Assembly (NCBI GenBank): GCA_965205015.1
Contig: OZ242029.1
Span: 5,056,001 to 5,120,000, forward strand
DNA length: 64,000 nt
Direction of reading: 5' to 3'
Source: Candidatus Poribacteria bacterium
GTDB taxonomy: Bacteria; Poribacteria; WGA-4E; WGA-3G
The notes below the pieces were generated by a model. That model made no database searches. It saw only the letters and a program-made list of their open reading frames with translations, and was not told the origin of the DNA. Below are positions 40,203-49,406 of this stretch, piece by piece. The stretch's first letter is position 1. Each line of letters opens with the position of its first letter. The position numbers and the translations under genes are program-made.

Positions 40203-40511
40203 CTATTGGACATAGACGATACTTTCCCGGATGGATTGCGCAATATGTGGAATCCGAATCCCTTGAAGCCCACCCAAGGTAAGGACATCCACCGGTTTCC
40301 CGAGGATCTCTTCGAGATAGTCGGCAAAGTCCATGAACTTAAAACCTAATGGCGTTTCAAATTCGACGATAATGTCAATATCGCTGGTTTCGGTGTATGT
40401 CCCTTTAGCATAAGAGCCGAATAAGCCGATCCTCTTAACGCCATACGTCTCGGCAAGGTATCCTGATTTTTCAGAAAGGATGTTTGTAATCTTTTCCCGT
40501 GTTAATATCAC
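40203..40511 (-). CDS. Minimal nucleotidyltransferase (MNT) antitoxin
   Basis: GLFGSYAKG....SDIDIIVEF, LEEILGKPVD. Confidence 0.9.
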   Translation of the reverse strand: MILTREKITNILSEKSGYLAETYGVKRIGLFGSYAKGTYTETSDIDIIVEFETPLGFKFMDFADYLEEILGKPVDVLTLGGLQGIRIPHIAQSIRESIVYVQ

Positions 40512-40696
40512 TGGTTTACCTCAAGTTGGTGGTTTAACCATCAATACTCGCTGATAATACGCTAAAGAGTTAACCTAACTATCTTGGACCAAGCATAACC
40601 ATTTTACTACGATTCCATTGACTTGTCAAGTCTTTATGTATCTGTTTAAGGCTGAACGTGATTCAACTTTCCTGCTGAGAAAAGGAAATTGCCATA

Positions 40697-40927
40697 ATGA
40701 AAAAGAAATTATCAAAATTCCAAAAACCCGATGTGTCTGATAGGAAGGTGGCAGTCGCAGCAAGCGATGTTCCACCTCCGAAAAAAGGGAGGGGTCCCGT
40801 GCCTCCGCCGGATTATACACTGGGGGAACTCCTCGCAAATATATCAGAACCCAGCTCTAAAACACCAAAGTCGGATTCTTCCGATGAAGTGGACACGGGA
40901 CGACCAGTGGGAAAGGAAGTCTGGTAA
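40697..40927 (+). CDS. MazE/ChpS-like antitoxin C-terminal region without AbrB domain
   Basis: YTLGELLANI...EVDTGRPVGKEVW resembles the MazE C-terminus; SD AAGGA. Confidence 0.6.
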   Translation: MKKKLSKFQKPDVSDRKVAVAASDVPPPKKGRGPVPPPDYTLGELLANISEPSSKTPKSDSSDEVDTGRPVGKEVW

Positions 40928-41100
40928 ACTTCACCACGCCTCGAGACCTTGAAACACATAAAACGGGCATTTGAAAACGGCGGTGCTTTTCAGAGACCCA
41001 CTGGGAAAAATACAACCCTTAGACGACTCAAAGATGCCGCGGAAAGTCCCTAAATTGACACCTATGGACATATAGACAATACTTCCTCCACTTCCCCGCT

Positions 41101-41125
41101 GGCGGGGTTTCCGAACCTCGCCTAC
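41101..41125 (-). repeat. GTAG-type REP-like hairpin
   Basis: Reverse complement GTAGGCGAGGTTCGGAAACCCCGCC. Confidence 0.55.
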
Positions 41126-41213
41126 CCGCAATCCCCGAGCAATTGTATATTTTGCTATGACGCACCATATCAGGTTCTGCGTTCGTTTCTAACCGCACCA
41201 TCATAGGTGTCAA

Positions 41214-41340
41214 TTATAGTAAAACCCAAAAATAAGTGAACATTCGTAGCACAAACTGTCCAGTTTGTGCAGGGGAGGCACGCAAACTAACAGTTTGCGC
41301 TACAATCGGGGTGTCCAAGTAATTATTGACTCTACTATAA
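41214..41340. mobile_element. 127-bp MITE-like element, copy 1
   Basis: Ends TTATAGTA...TACTATAA; near-identical copies at 43974 and 49407; two internal GTAG hairpins. Confidence 0.88.
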
Positions 41341-41406
41341 GTGTATAGATTGCGTGTCAGAGCGATAAAAATCGTTCCCAACCGCACCATAACCGACAAT
41401 AAGGAC

Positions 41407-41646
41407 CGTAGGTTGGGTTGAACGGTATTGGACTCAAGACGCCGATGTGCCAAAATACATCAAATCTGACCCACTCACATATACATCCACAACCGTAGTG
41501 AAACCCAACATTTTTCTGAGATGCTATAAACGTGTCGGTATGACGTTGGGTTTCGCTATCTCCTTGATTGCTATGAGGGTGTGGGGTGCTGAAATGTGCT
41601 TGGGTGCCCATAGTGTCTTTCTCAGTTCCGCTCAACCCAACCTACG
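41407..41646. repeat. Inverted REP pair (REPIN-like)
   Basis: cgtaggttgggttgaacgg ... ccgctcaacccaacctacg. Confidence 0.7.
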
Positions 41647-41763
41647 CTGCTAACCTGAAGATCTCCACGGTATTTGGAAAAGGTGTTTCTCAGAAAAAAT
41701 TAGCTAAAAATCTAAAATATTATTCACTTTTTAAGAAAAATTAGCAATTTTTGTAAATATAAT

Positions 41764-41792
41764 TTGCTTTTTACCTGAAAATTTTGTATAAT
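41764..41792 (+). promoter_or_regulatory. Sigma70-type promoter
   Basis: TTGCTT-17 bp-TATAAT in an AT-rich tract. Confidence 0.6.
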
Positions 41793-42412
41793 CTTTAGTT
41801 ACCTATGCCATTCATATTTTATATGATGAATAAGTAAAAAGTGACCTAAGTAACTTCAGAGCATTAGAAAGAGGATACGTTTGAGTTGCGATTTTCGCAA
41901 CCGACACAACGACAAAAGAGAAAACCTTGAGATATTTCATGGATTTACAACTACTGACTTAAAAGCGATGGTGGCGTTTGAAAAACAACACCTTCACCAA
42001 CCGACAAAAACCTTGATAGATTTGAACATTTTACCTGAGGAACGCTCATGACGAAGTGCAGTTTACCCTTTGAATTAAAAAGATCCCTGAAGATGCGTGC
42101 GGATATGCGCGCCCCGATGGGAGGGAGTGACTGCTGCGTTCTGAGACGTTCTGTCAATCCTCAAATAGCTAAAAACCCCCCCCGAATTCTCCACAAACGA
42201 TAAGTATTTTATTTCACAAGACGATCCTGACGGTCCTGTATCGGACTGTCTTCGCGCCCGCAGGTGGTTCTGTTTTGCACAGCACCTCCCATTGCGGGCT
42301 ATTTTTGTTGCATCGGGTCTCTCCCGATGTGTTGGACACTCCAATACAACCACAGGCACGACACCTTGTCAATATGGCTGTGTAAGTCGTGTTAAAAAGG
42401 AGATTTAGAAAA

Positions 42413-43762
42413 ATGTTTTCAAGAATACTGACTTTTAGCGTCTTATCCGTTTTTTGCGTATTGACGGCTCTTTCATCTGTCTATGCGCACACGCTTGCTA
42501 ATCCTAGTTACGATGGTGATCTTACTCATGATCACGGTTCAGGTCTGCATACTCATGAAAATGTAGTCGATTGGGAAAAAGGGGAGCAGATAGACCCCGG
42601 TTATGATGCGTATAATCGTCAACCTGGTGGCGGAGACGCCTTTAATGTACCGGAAAAAGAAGCGGAGGAGTCAGGTAATACTATTACTCACCCGCATATA
42701 GACCCTGACTGGAATCATGACGCTGATCCTGCTCACGATTCGATTACGACACCGGATCCTGATCGCCCACAGGAGGACACCAATGTAAGGCATCAGCATA
42801 GTGCTACGCACACACATGGCGGCGAGTCGCACACGCATACAGGGTGGCACAGACACACTTCTCCACACCCGCATCCGACCCCTCATATCTGGGATAGCCA
42901 CCCCTTTCCTGACAATCAGCAACCGAATAATCAGCCCACTAATAACCTGCCCACTAATAACCTGCCCACTAATAATCAACCAACGGTTACCCAACCTACG
43001 GTTACTCAACCCACAACGGTAGCAACGGGTGGCACATCTGAAGGGACATCCGAAGCAGGTGATAGCCAAACCGCTGTTGACACAAGCACAGAACAAAATT
43101 TCCTCAGAGCCCAACAAAAATACGGAACACCACTTGAGGGGACACCAGAAACACAACCCAAGCCTCAACCTTTATTACCCATACGCATAACAGAGTATAT
43201 GGTCAGAGATTGGACGGCTGGGATTGGTGGATTACCACAGTGGATTGAGGTGTATAACCCCAACACCGAGGCAGTCAACCTCAAAGGTTGGACGTTCCAA
43301 TATGCCACCCGGCGGTCTGCCACCGCCCCCCATAAAGTCCACACACTGACGCTCGCTGGAACACAGGACGGGTTCAGCATCGCGGGGGGTGGTGTCGCGA
43401 TCCTATCAACCGGAACAGTTTCGGCATGGCGATTTTCCGGGATAGAAGCAACACAGGTCTACAACTTGAACATAGACAACGTCCTCAAACGCGGGTGGGT
43501 GTTGACGGATGCCGATGGCGCAGAGATTTACCGTCTCGGTAGGGCAGCTTTTGGTGCGTTAGGGGATCCGGTGGCACCACTCCATCAGAACCAGGCGCGT
43601 GTCTCTCATCAGGTCGTCCCGAGCGAGTCGCCCCCGGAGGTTTATTACTATGGACATCGGGAAGACATGGGGTCTCCCGGGTTCTACGAGCAACCGGCAC
43701 CGGCGGCACCAAGCGCGGTCAGACGGAAACAGATCGGCACTTGGGCAGCCTTGAAAAAATAA
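42413..43762 (+). CDS. Secreted His-rich protein with lamin-tail-like domain
   Basis: SD AAGGAG before ATG 42413; signal peptide; HxH-rich region; IRITEYM...PQWIEVYN....VNLKGW; GSPG; tail KQIGTWAALKK. Confidence 0.85.
   Translation: MFSRILTFSVLSVFCVLTALSSVYAHTLANPSYDGDLTHDHGSGLHTHENVVDWEKGEQIDPGYDAYNRQPGGGDAFNVPEKEAEESGNTITHPHIDPDWNHDADPAHDSITTPDPDRPQEDTNVRHQHSATHTHGGESHTHTGWHRHTSPHPHPTPHIWDSHPFPDNQQPNNQPTNNLPTNNLPTNNQPTVTQPTVTQPTTVATGGTSEGTSEAGDSQTAVDTSTEQNFLRAQQKYGTPLEGTPETQPKPQPLLPIRITEYMVRDWTAGIGGLPQWIEVYNPNTEAVNLKGWTFQYATRRSATAPHKVHTLTLAGTQDGFSIAGGGVAILSTGTVSAWRFSGIEATQVYNLNIDNVLKRGWVLTDADGAEIYRLGRAAFGALGDPVAPLHQNQARVSHQVVPSESPPEVYYYGHREDMGSPGFYEQPAPAAPSAVRRKQIGTWAALKK
42911..43015 (+). 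repeat. In-frame 15-bp tandem repeat (NNLPT/VTQPT linker)
   Basis: aataacctgcccact and variants, about 7 units. Confidence 0.85.
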
Positions 43763-43973
43763 GGTTTCATTATCATCAACTTCTGGGGGTGTGGTAAGAA
43801 GCCCGACACCCCGCACAAGCGTGATTCAGCTGCTTTGCGTGTGTTCTCGTTCAACCTTGGGGACACACCAAAGCAAAACCCCTCACAAGAAACCGTTTCT
43901 TTTATCAAACTCACATTATACATATATCCACAAAATCTTGTCGCTTGAAATAAAAATGGGAATCTGTTATGAT

Positions 43974-44227
43974 TTATAGTAAAACCCAAAAATAAGTGAA
44001 CATTCGTAGCACAAACTGTCCAGTTTGTGCAGGGGAGGCATGCAAACTAAATGAAGATTAAGAATTTAATTCGGTAATATGTGGGCAGGCACAAGACCTA
44101 GGGAAACACCCAAGCAAAAACCCCCTACAAGGTCTTTTTTGGGATAGGATTACCGCAATATTTATTTAAACTTCATACAGTTTGCGCTACAATCGGGGTG
44201 CCCAAGTAATTATTGACTCTACTATAA
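43974..44227. mobile_element. 127-bp MITE-like element, copy 2, interrupted by a nested insertion
   Basis: Both halves match copy 1; 127 extra bp at 44051-44177. Confidence 0.88.
44051..44177. mobile_element. Second MITE-like element nested in copy 2
   Basis: Imperfect terminal inverted repeats atgaagattaagaatttaattcggtaat / attaccgcaatatttatttaaacttcat. Confidence 0.75.
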
Positions 44228-44321
44228 ACGCTGAAAGAAAGACGTGCTTTTCTGTTTTTTGGGGGCACGAAGATACACACAATCCTCTAAGCTTTAGTAT
44301 ACAAAAAGCAGAGAGAAGCTT

Positions 44322-44669
44322 ATGCAAATTAACATCCAAACCAAGAACTTCACATTTTTAGAGATTCAGGGAAAAGTCGTCGGGCAAGATGCGATTGTGC
44401 TAAAAACGATGCTTGAAGAACATATCCAAGGGCTTGAAACGCAAGAGGGAACGCCTACCCTAATTTTTGATATGGCGGATGTCCAGTCGATGGATAGTGC
44501 GGGCTTAGGCGTGCTAATCACCACCAGCACCCAGATCCGTCAGAACGGCGGACGGACGCTGCTCCTTAACGTCAACAGAGGTATCAAACGGATGATGATC
44601 CGGACAAATCTGACATCGCTCTTCGATTTTCCCAAGAACCTCGCAGAAGCAATAGCCAGTAGTTTCTAA
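44322..44669 (+). CDS. STAS domain anti-sigma-factor antagonist
   Basis: FDMADVQSMDSAGLGVL phospho-Ser motif; 115 aa. Confidence 0.9.
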   Translation: MQINIQTKNFTFLEIQGKVVGQDAIVLKTMLEEHIQGLETQEGTPTLIFDMADVQSMDSAGLGVLITTSTQIRQNGGRTLLLNVNRGIKRMMIRTNLTSLFDFPKNLAEAIASSF

Positions 44670-44712
44670 GCGCCTAACCCACCTAACCGAACCGCAGAGA
44701 AGATTAGAAAAC

Positions 44713-46056
44713 CTACTTCGTATATCCTGTTCTATCCGTATTCCCCCCATATTTCAGCGCATAAATCAGTAGATTTGACATAAACCGATAGACATCCGTG
44801 GAACGACGGAGTCGTAACATCGTGCGGCTCTCAATCTCTGCGGTTTCCATTGCACACAGGTAATCCTTACGGTTGTAAACCACTGCCAATCGGTCGTCAA
44901 TGACGATCGCTTTCTGATACCGGAACTGCGTGGGTTGCGCGTTGTTCTCGTTTCCCCAGAACACATCGCCGCCTGTGGGCGGTTTCGACAGGGTGTAATG
45001 GATACTGTACAACTCGTGCTCGTGCGGAAGAATCTCAAGCGGATATTCAGGGAAAATTTGTTTGAGTTCATCAGCGACGATGTGTGCGAAAAGTCCATTG
45101 AAACCGCAGTCATCGAAAAACAGCATTCCGCCTTTTTCAACGATATATTTCCGAAGTGCTGCGCGTTCTGCGGGTGTGAAACCTGTCTGTAGCGGACCCT
45201 CTTTCGCAAGTCCGCGCCCGACGGTAATGTCTTTATCGTGTCCTGTCATGATGATGAGGGGCGCGTCCATGATTTGGGGATCGGTGATCCGTAGCGCGCC
45301 ACCGGCGAAATCCATATCCGCCCGAATCGGGGTCTGCTCCTCCAGCCACTTGATGAGCGCAGGAATCGCCGTCGGATCCTGCCACCAATCTGAAAGCGAG
45401 TGTTTGAGTCGGATCAACCGAATATGTCCGCGCATCTCGCTGCCTGTTCCTTCAAGGATACCCCCCAATTTCTCTTTTGGTATCTTCACAAGGTTCCGAA
45501 ACGCCGTATCAAACCCATCTCCCAAGGTACTTGTCGGTAGGGAGCCGTCCAAAAATTCTGAGAGTCCGGTTTTAGTTGTGTTTGTGCCGCTACGCCGTGT
45601 TGAATAGTTATCAGTTTTCAAGAGTCGGTTATCCGTTAAAGAGGACGCTGGTTTAACCAAACCGCCTCCTAACTGACGACTGTTCGGCAGTACCGGTGCT
45701 ACCGAAAGTTCCGTCGGATTCAGTATATCGGTTTCGACATCCAACGGTGACACAGGTTGCACAACATCCGTTTCGTTTCTCTGTAGGGGCGAGGTAACCT
45801 CGCCCCTACGCGATGTCTGTGTCGGTATGCGGGTTTCCGTAGAGGTTTCACTTAAAAGCGGGGTGTGTGCTGAGACAGTCCGTCGGGTCGGACGGATTTC
45901 CACTGCCGTTCTTGCAGGATTCAGTGTAACAACGGTCGCCTCAAAGGCGTCTTTGTTCAGTTCCCTTTGTCCTGAAAACAGGAACGCCGCAATAAGGACA
46001 AAGAGTAGATGCAACCCGATGGATGTGATAGCTGCGTGGAGACGTCTCTGTTTCAT
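44713..46056 (-). CDS. DUF4159 domain protein with N-terminal membrane anchor
   Basis: SIGLHLL anchor; DWWQDPTA, MTGH, LRKYIVEKGGMLFFDDC, LAVVY...DYLCA. Confidence 0.8.
   Translation of the reverse strand: MKQRRLHAAITSIGLHLLFVLIAAFLFSGQRELNKDAFEATVVTLNPARTAVEIRPTRRTVSAHTPLLSETSTETRIPTQTSRRGEVTSPLQRNETDVVQPVSPLDVETDILNPTELSVAPVLPNSRQLGGGLVKPASSLTDNRLLKTDNYSTRRSGTNTTKTGLSEFLDGSLPTSTLGDGFDTAFRNLVKIPKEKLGGILEGTGSEMRGHIRLIRLKHSLSDWWQDPTAIPALIKWLEEQTPIRADMDFAGGALRITDPQIMDAPLIIMTGHDKDITVGRGLAKEGPLQTGFTPAERAALRKYIVEKGGMLFFDDCGFNGLFAHIVADELKQIFPEYPLEILPHEHELYSIHYTLSKPPTGGDVFWGNENNAQPTQFRYQKAIVIDDRLAVVYNRKDYLCAMETAEIESRTMLRLRRSTDVYRFMSNLLIYALKYGGNTDRTGYTK
45783..45809. repeat. 27-bp perfect-stem REP-like palindrome inside the DUF4159 CDS
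   Basis: gtaggggcgagg-taa-cctcgcccctac. Confidence 0.8.
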
Positions 46057-46205
46057 TTTTTTAATTTACCTTGCGGTTCGTTAAAATGAGTTTGAGCATT
46101 AACATGCTTCTCCGTAGAGTCGCCTCCATTTCATTACGGCTTACAATCTTTCGCTAAGAAGATAGAAGTTTCTCAGTTTTTTAGACTGTTTTGTCCATGG
46201 TATCC

Positions 46206-46775
46206 TTAGAGATGCCGTTGGATCTGCTGATAACTCTGTGCATCTAACTCCCGGTAATCTGGAATATCGTATCGGTTCCCACGGACATCCGTCACAAAAA
46301 GTCGCGCAGGCGGGACCTGTTTGATGTTCTGATTCAACCCACGCACCGAGAACGTCACACGCCCGCGCTCGGTTTCAACCTCCCATTCATGGATGCCGAA
46401 TTGTTCCTTCACTTGATAAACCTTCTGAATTGTTGGCGTGAAATACCGTTTATCCAACTCTTCCTGCAGGATTTTCTGACTCTCCGGCGCGAGTTCCGAT
46501 GGGTTCACGAGGATCCCAATTTCGGTGTCCTCATCCGCGGCGAGCGAGATATAACTCTGGGGATTGCTGAGTGGCATCAGCCGCCGTACCACTACCCGCA
46601 GATGGCAGGCTTCATTCCGTATTTCAAGTCGCGCCGTTCCCACTTCGGCGCGCGTGAATGTCAGGTCAGCGGCATCCAAGTAGCGCGGCGTGAAGTCATC
46701 CGATTCAGGGGGCACCGGCTTCACTGTGGGTGCCGCAGCGAGGGTGGCTTGTTTTTCTATGTTTTGGTTTGGCAT
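46206..46775 (-). CDS. DUF1854 domain protein
   Basis: RLMPLSNPQSYISL, EELDKRYFTP, WEVETERG, DVRGNRYDIPD. Confidence 0.85.
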   Translation of the reverse strand: MPNQNIEKQATLAAAPTVKPVPPESDDFTPRYLDAADLTFTRAEVGTARLEIRNEACHLRVVVRRLMPLSNPQSYISLAADEDTEIGILVNPSELAPESQKILQEELDKRYFTPTIQKVYQVKEQFGIHEWEVETERGRVTFSVRGLNQNIKQVPPARLFVTDVRGNRYDIPDYRELDAQSYQQIQRHL

Positions 46776-46777
46776 AT

Positions 46778-49099
46778 CTATCTCTCCACGGCTTGCGCTG
46801 CTGCGCGAACATTCGCGGCTTCGCGTTGGGTTTCTACGAGTTTATAATAGATACCCTTTTGCTCCATGAGTTCCTCGTGGGAACCGCACTCAACACCTTT
46901 CCCTTTTTCAATCACGAACAATCGGTCGGCATTTCGGAGCGTAGACAGCCGGTGCGCAATCGCAAATGTCGTTCGGTTCTGCACAAGCCTGTCGATTGCC
47001 TGTTGGATTTTCTTCTCCGTCTCCACATCCACGGATGAGGTGGCTTCATCGAGAATCAGAATCCGTGGGTTGTGCAAGATTGCCCGTGCGATGGAGATGC
47101 GTTGTCGTTCGCCGCCCGATAGCCGTCCGCCGCGTTCACCGACTTCCGTATCGTAGCCGTCGGGGAACTTGACGACGAATTCGTGGGCGTTTGCCGCCTT
47201 TGCTGCTGTGATAATATCCTCCATCGTCGCATCGGGATGCGCGTAGGCGATATTCTCGGCGATGGTCCCACTGAACAGATACGGTTCTTGTAACACGACA
47301 CCAATCTGTCGGCGTAAATCCTTAAGATCGATCTGTTTGATGTCCTCACCATCGATCTCTAAACGTCCAGCGTCCGGCGTATAGAACCGACAGATCAAAT
47401 TGATAAGTGTGGATTTCCCCGCACCCGAATGCCCAACGAGTCCAATCATCTCACCCGGTTTCACGTGGAGATTGATATCCCGAAGCACCGGTTTATGCGA
47501 ATCGTAGCCGAACGTCATGTTATGGAATTTGACTTCTCCGGTGATGTTCGGCATTGCTTTGAGGTTGCCATCATCCAGTTGTTCGGGTTGTGAGTCGATA
47601 ACTTCAAAAAGCCGTTCCGCCGCCGTCATTGAGCGTGAAGCCCAGTTGATCAACGGGCTGATATAGCGCAACGGTTCATAGAACATTCCGAGATATGCGT
47701 GGAAAGCCACCAAGGTCCCGAACGACATTGTCCCACCGATAATGTTGAGACCCCCAATGTACCATACGATGAGCGTTCCCAACTGGACGGCGAACATCAG
47801 CGGTGGATAGTAGGTTGCCCAGATCATTTCAGCATGCGTTTCGTAGTCTCGTGCGTCTACATTCGCGTCCCCGAACCGATTGACTTCACTCCGTTGTTGT
47901 CCGAAGGCACGAACAACCCGAATACCGGATACCGAATCGTTGACGACATCGAACAATTTTGAGCGACGGCGCCAGGCGCGGTGCCAAAGGCTTCGCACTT
48001 TTTTCCAGAACCAACCGGCTCCAAAGACGATTATCGGAATCGGGATTAAGATGAAGCATGCCAGTTTCCAGTTCATCAAGAAAAGCACCCCTCCAATCCC
48101 GAAGAAGAGCAACAGTTCTACTGCGAGAAACGAGAGTCCCTCTAACATGAAATCTTGGAGTCGTTCACTATCCTCCGTGATGTGAGAGATGACTGTTCCG
48201 GTTTTTCGTTTGTCAAAAAATCGGATAGACAGGTTGTGCAAGTGCTGATAGACGTGCGCTCGGATGTTCGCCGCGACGCGGAACGTCAGCCAAGCTCCCA
48301 AACGTAACCGAAAAATTGTGAAAATTTCACGGATGATTTGTATGGCTAATAAGGTGCCTACAGCAATGGACAAAGCTAACGCCGCCGACTCAATATCGCG
48401 AAAAATATTGCTTAACCATGTTCTTGATGCTTCCGAGGCGGCAGTATCGACATTACCCGGCATCAGGATATCATCAATCATGATGCGCGAGAAATATGGC
48501 GGTGCTAAGGAGATGAGTGTTCCGAGAATCACGAAGAGCATGAAGAGGATTGCCCTACCGCGATACGGTCGTATGTAGGACAGAATCCGTAACATCACCT
48601 TGTGTTTTTTCGTACATGCCGGACACGGCGAAAACTCGTCTGGCAACGGTAAACTGCAGGACTGACAGAATTGTTCCTCCGGTTTGTAGTCCCAAATCGG
48701 TGCCTCGTCCCGTTTGCCGTCGCGAAACTCAATTTCGTCCCCGATAAATCGAGCGACAAATCCGAACTTCGGTGCACAGCCGTTGGAGTACCGAATGAGA
48801 TCAACCGTTCCTTCTTGTGTTTCCAGAACCAGAATTCCAGCATCTACAACAACTTCAGCCCGGATGCCGAGCACATTCTTATATGGAATGTAGTGAGGTA
48901 CCTCACCGTCACCTGTCACGGTGAAGATCGCAGCCTCCGTTAGTACAAACCATTCTTCACCGTAGTCGCCTGTTGAACTCACATCGCTTTGGACGGCAAA
49001 TCGTATCTGTTCTGAACGTATATCTAATTTTTTGAGTGTTTCTTCAACTAAATTGGGTATCGGGTCAAGCGTACCCGTTGGTGTTTCTGAAATTTCCAT
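46778..49099 (-). CDS. ABC exporter, fused permease/ATPase, with N-terminal extension and Zn ribbon
   Basis: GHSGAGKST, LSGGERQR, ILDEATS, AHRLST; CQSC...CPAC before the TM domain. Confidence 0.95.
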   Translation of the reverse strand: MEISETPTGTLDPIPNLVEETLKKLDIRSEQIRFAVQSDVSSTGDYGEEWFVLTEAAIFTVTGDGEVPHYIPYKNVLGIRAEVVVDAGILVLETQEGTVDLIRYSNGCAPKFGFVARFIGDEIEFRDGKRDEAPIWDYKPEEQFCQSCSLPLPDEFSPCPACTKKHKVMLRILSYIRPYRGRAILFMLFVILGTLISLAPPYFSRIMIDDILMPGNVDTAASEASRTWLSNIFRDIESAALALSIAVGTLLAIQIIREIFTIFRLRLGAWLTFRVAANIRAHVYQHLHNLSIRFFDKRKTGTVISHITEDSERLQDFMLEGLSFLAVELLLFFGIGGVLFLMNWKLACFILIPIPIIVFGAGWFWKKVRSLWHRAWRRRSKLFDVVNDSVSGIRVVRAFGQQRSEVNRFGDANVDARDYETHAEMIWATYYPPLMFAVQLGTLIVWYIGGLNIIGGTMSFGTLVAFHAYLGMFYEPLRYISPLINWASRSMTAAERLFEVIDSQPEQLDDGNLKAMPNITGEVKFHNMTFGYDSHKPVLRDINLHVKPGEMIGLVGHSGAGKSTLINLICRFYTPDAGRLEIDGEDIKQIDLKDLRRQIGVVLQEPYLFSGTIAENIAYAHPDATMEDIITAAKAANAHEFVVKFPDGYDTEVGERGGRLSGGERQRISIARAILHNPRILILDEATSSVDVETEKKIQQAIDRLVQNRTTFAIAHRLSTLRNADRLFVIEKGKGVECGSHEELMEQKGIYYKLVETQREAANVRAAAQAVER

Positions 49100-49120
49100 T
49101 CCTTGTTTATGCCTCCGTCT

Positions 49121-49345
49121 TTACTTCCCAGGTGTCCGTTCGTCTGGATATTTCCAAGGAACTTTGCGATCAATAGATTTCCAACGTGTTGAATCGACGC
49201 GTCGGACAACATATATTTTCTGACCACATCGACAGCGTATGTCGTGAACATGCCCATTTGAACAGGTCTTTTCCTCAACAAAGTTGACGCTTTCTTGGTG
49301 GACGCGATAGCCGCGTCTGCATGAATAACAGACTAAGTACATCAC
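49121..49345 (-). CDS. Small Cys/His-rich (zinc-ribbon-like) protein
   Basis: CYSC, CSNGH, CRCG; SD GAGGT; ends 21 bp before the ABC gene start. Confidence 0.6.
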   Translation of the reverse strand: MMYLVCYSCRRGYRVHQESVNFVEEKTCSNGHVHDIRCRCGQKIYVVRRVDSTRWKSIDRKVPWKYPDERTPGK

Positions 49346-49406
49346 AAATACCTCGATCCACTCTACTTGATCCTTTTAACCCATTTCGACAGATATAATT
49401 CAAATT

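Noticed and set aside
40931-41653. Several short ORFs on both strands
   Set aside because: They overlap REP/MITE repeats and lack SD sites or protein motifs
41800-42040. Riboswitch or ncRNA in the long leader
   Set aside because: No recognisable conserved aptamer motif by eye; needs an Rfam cmscan
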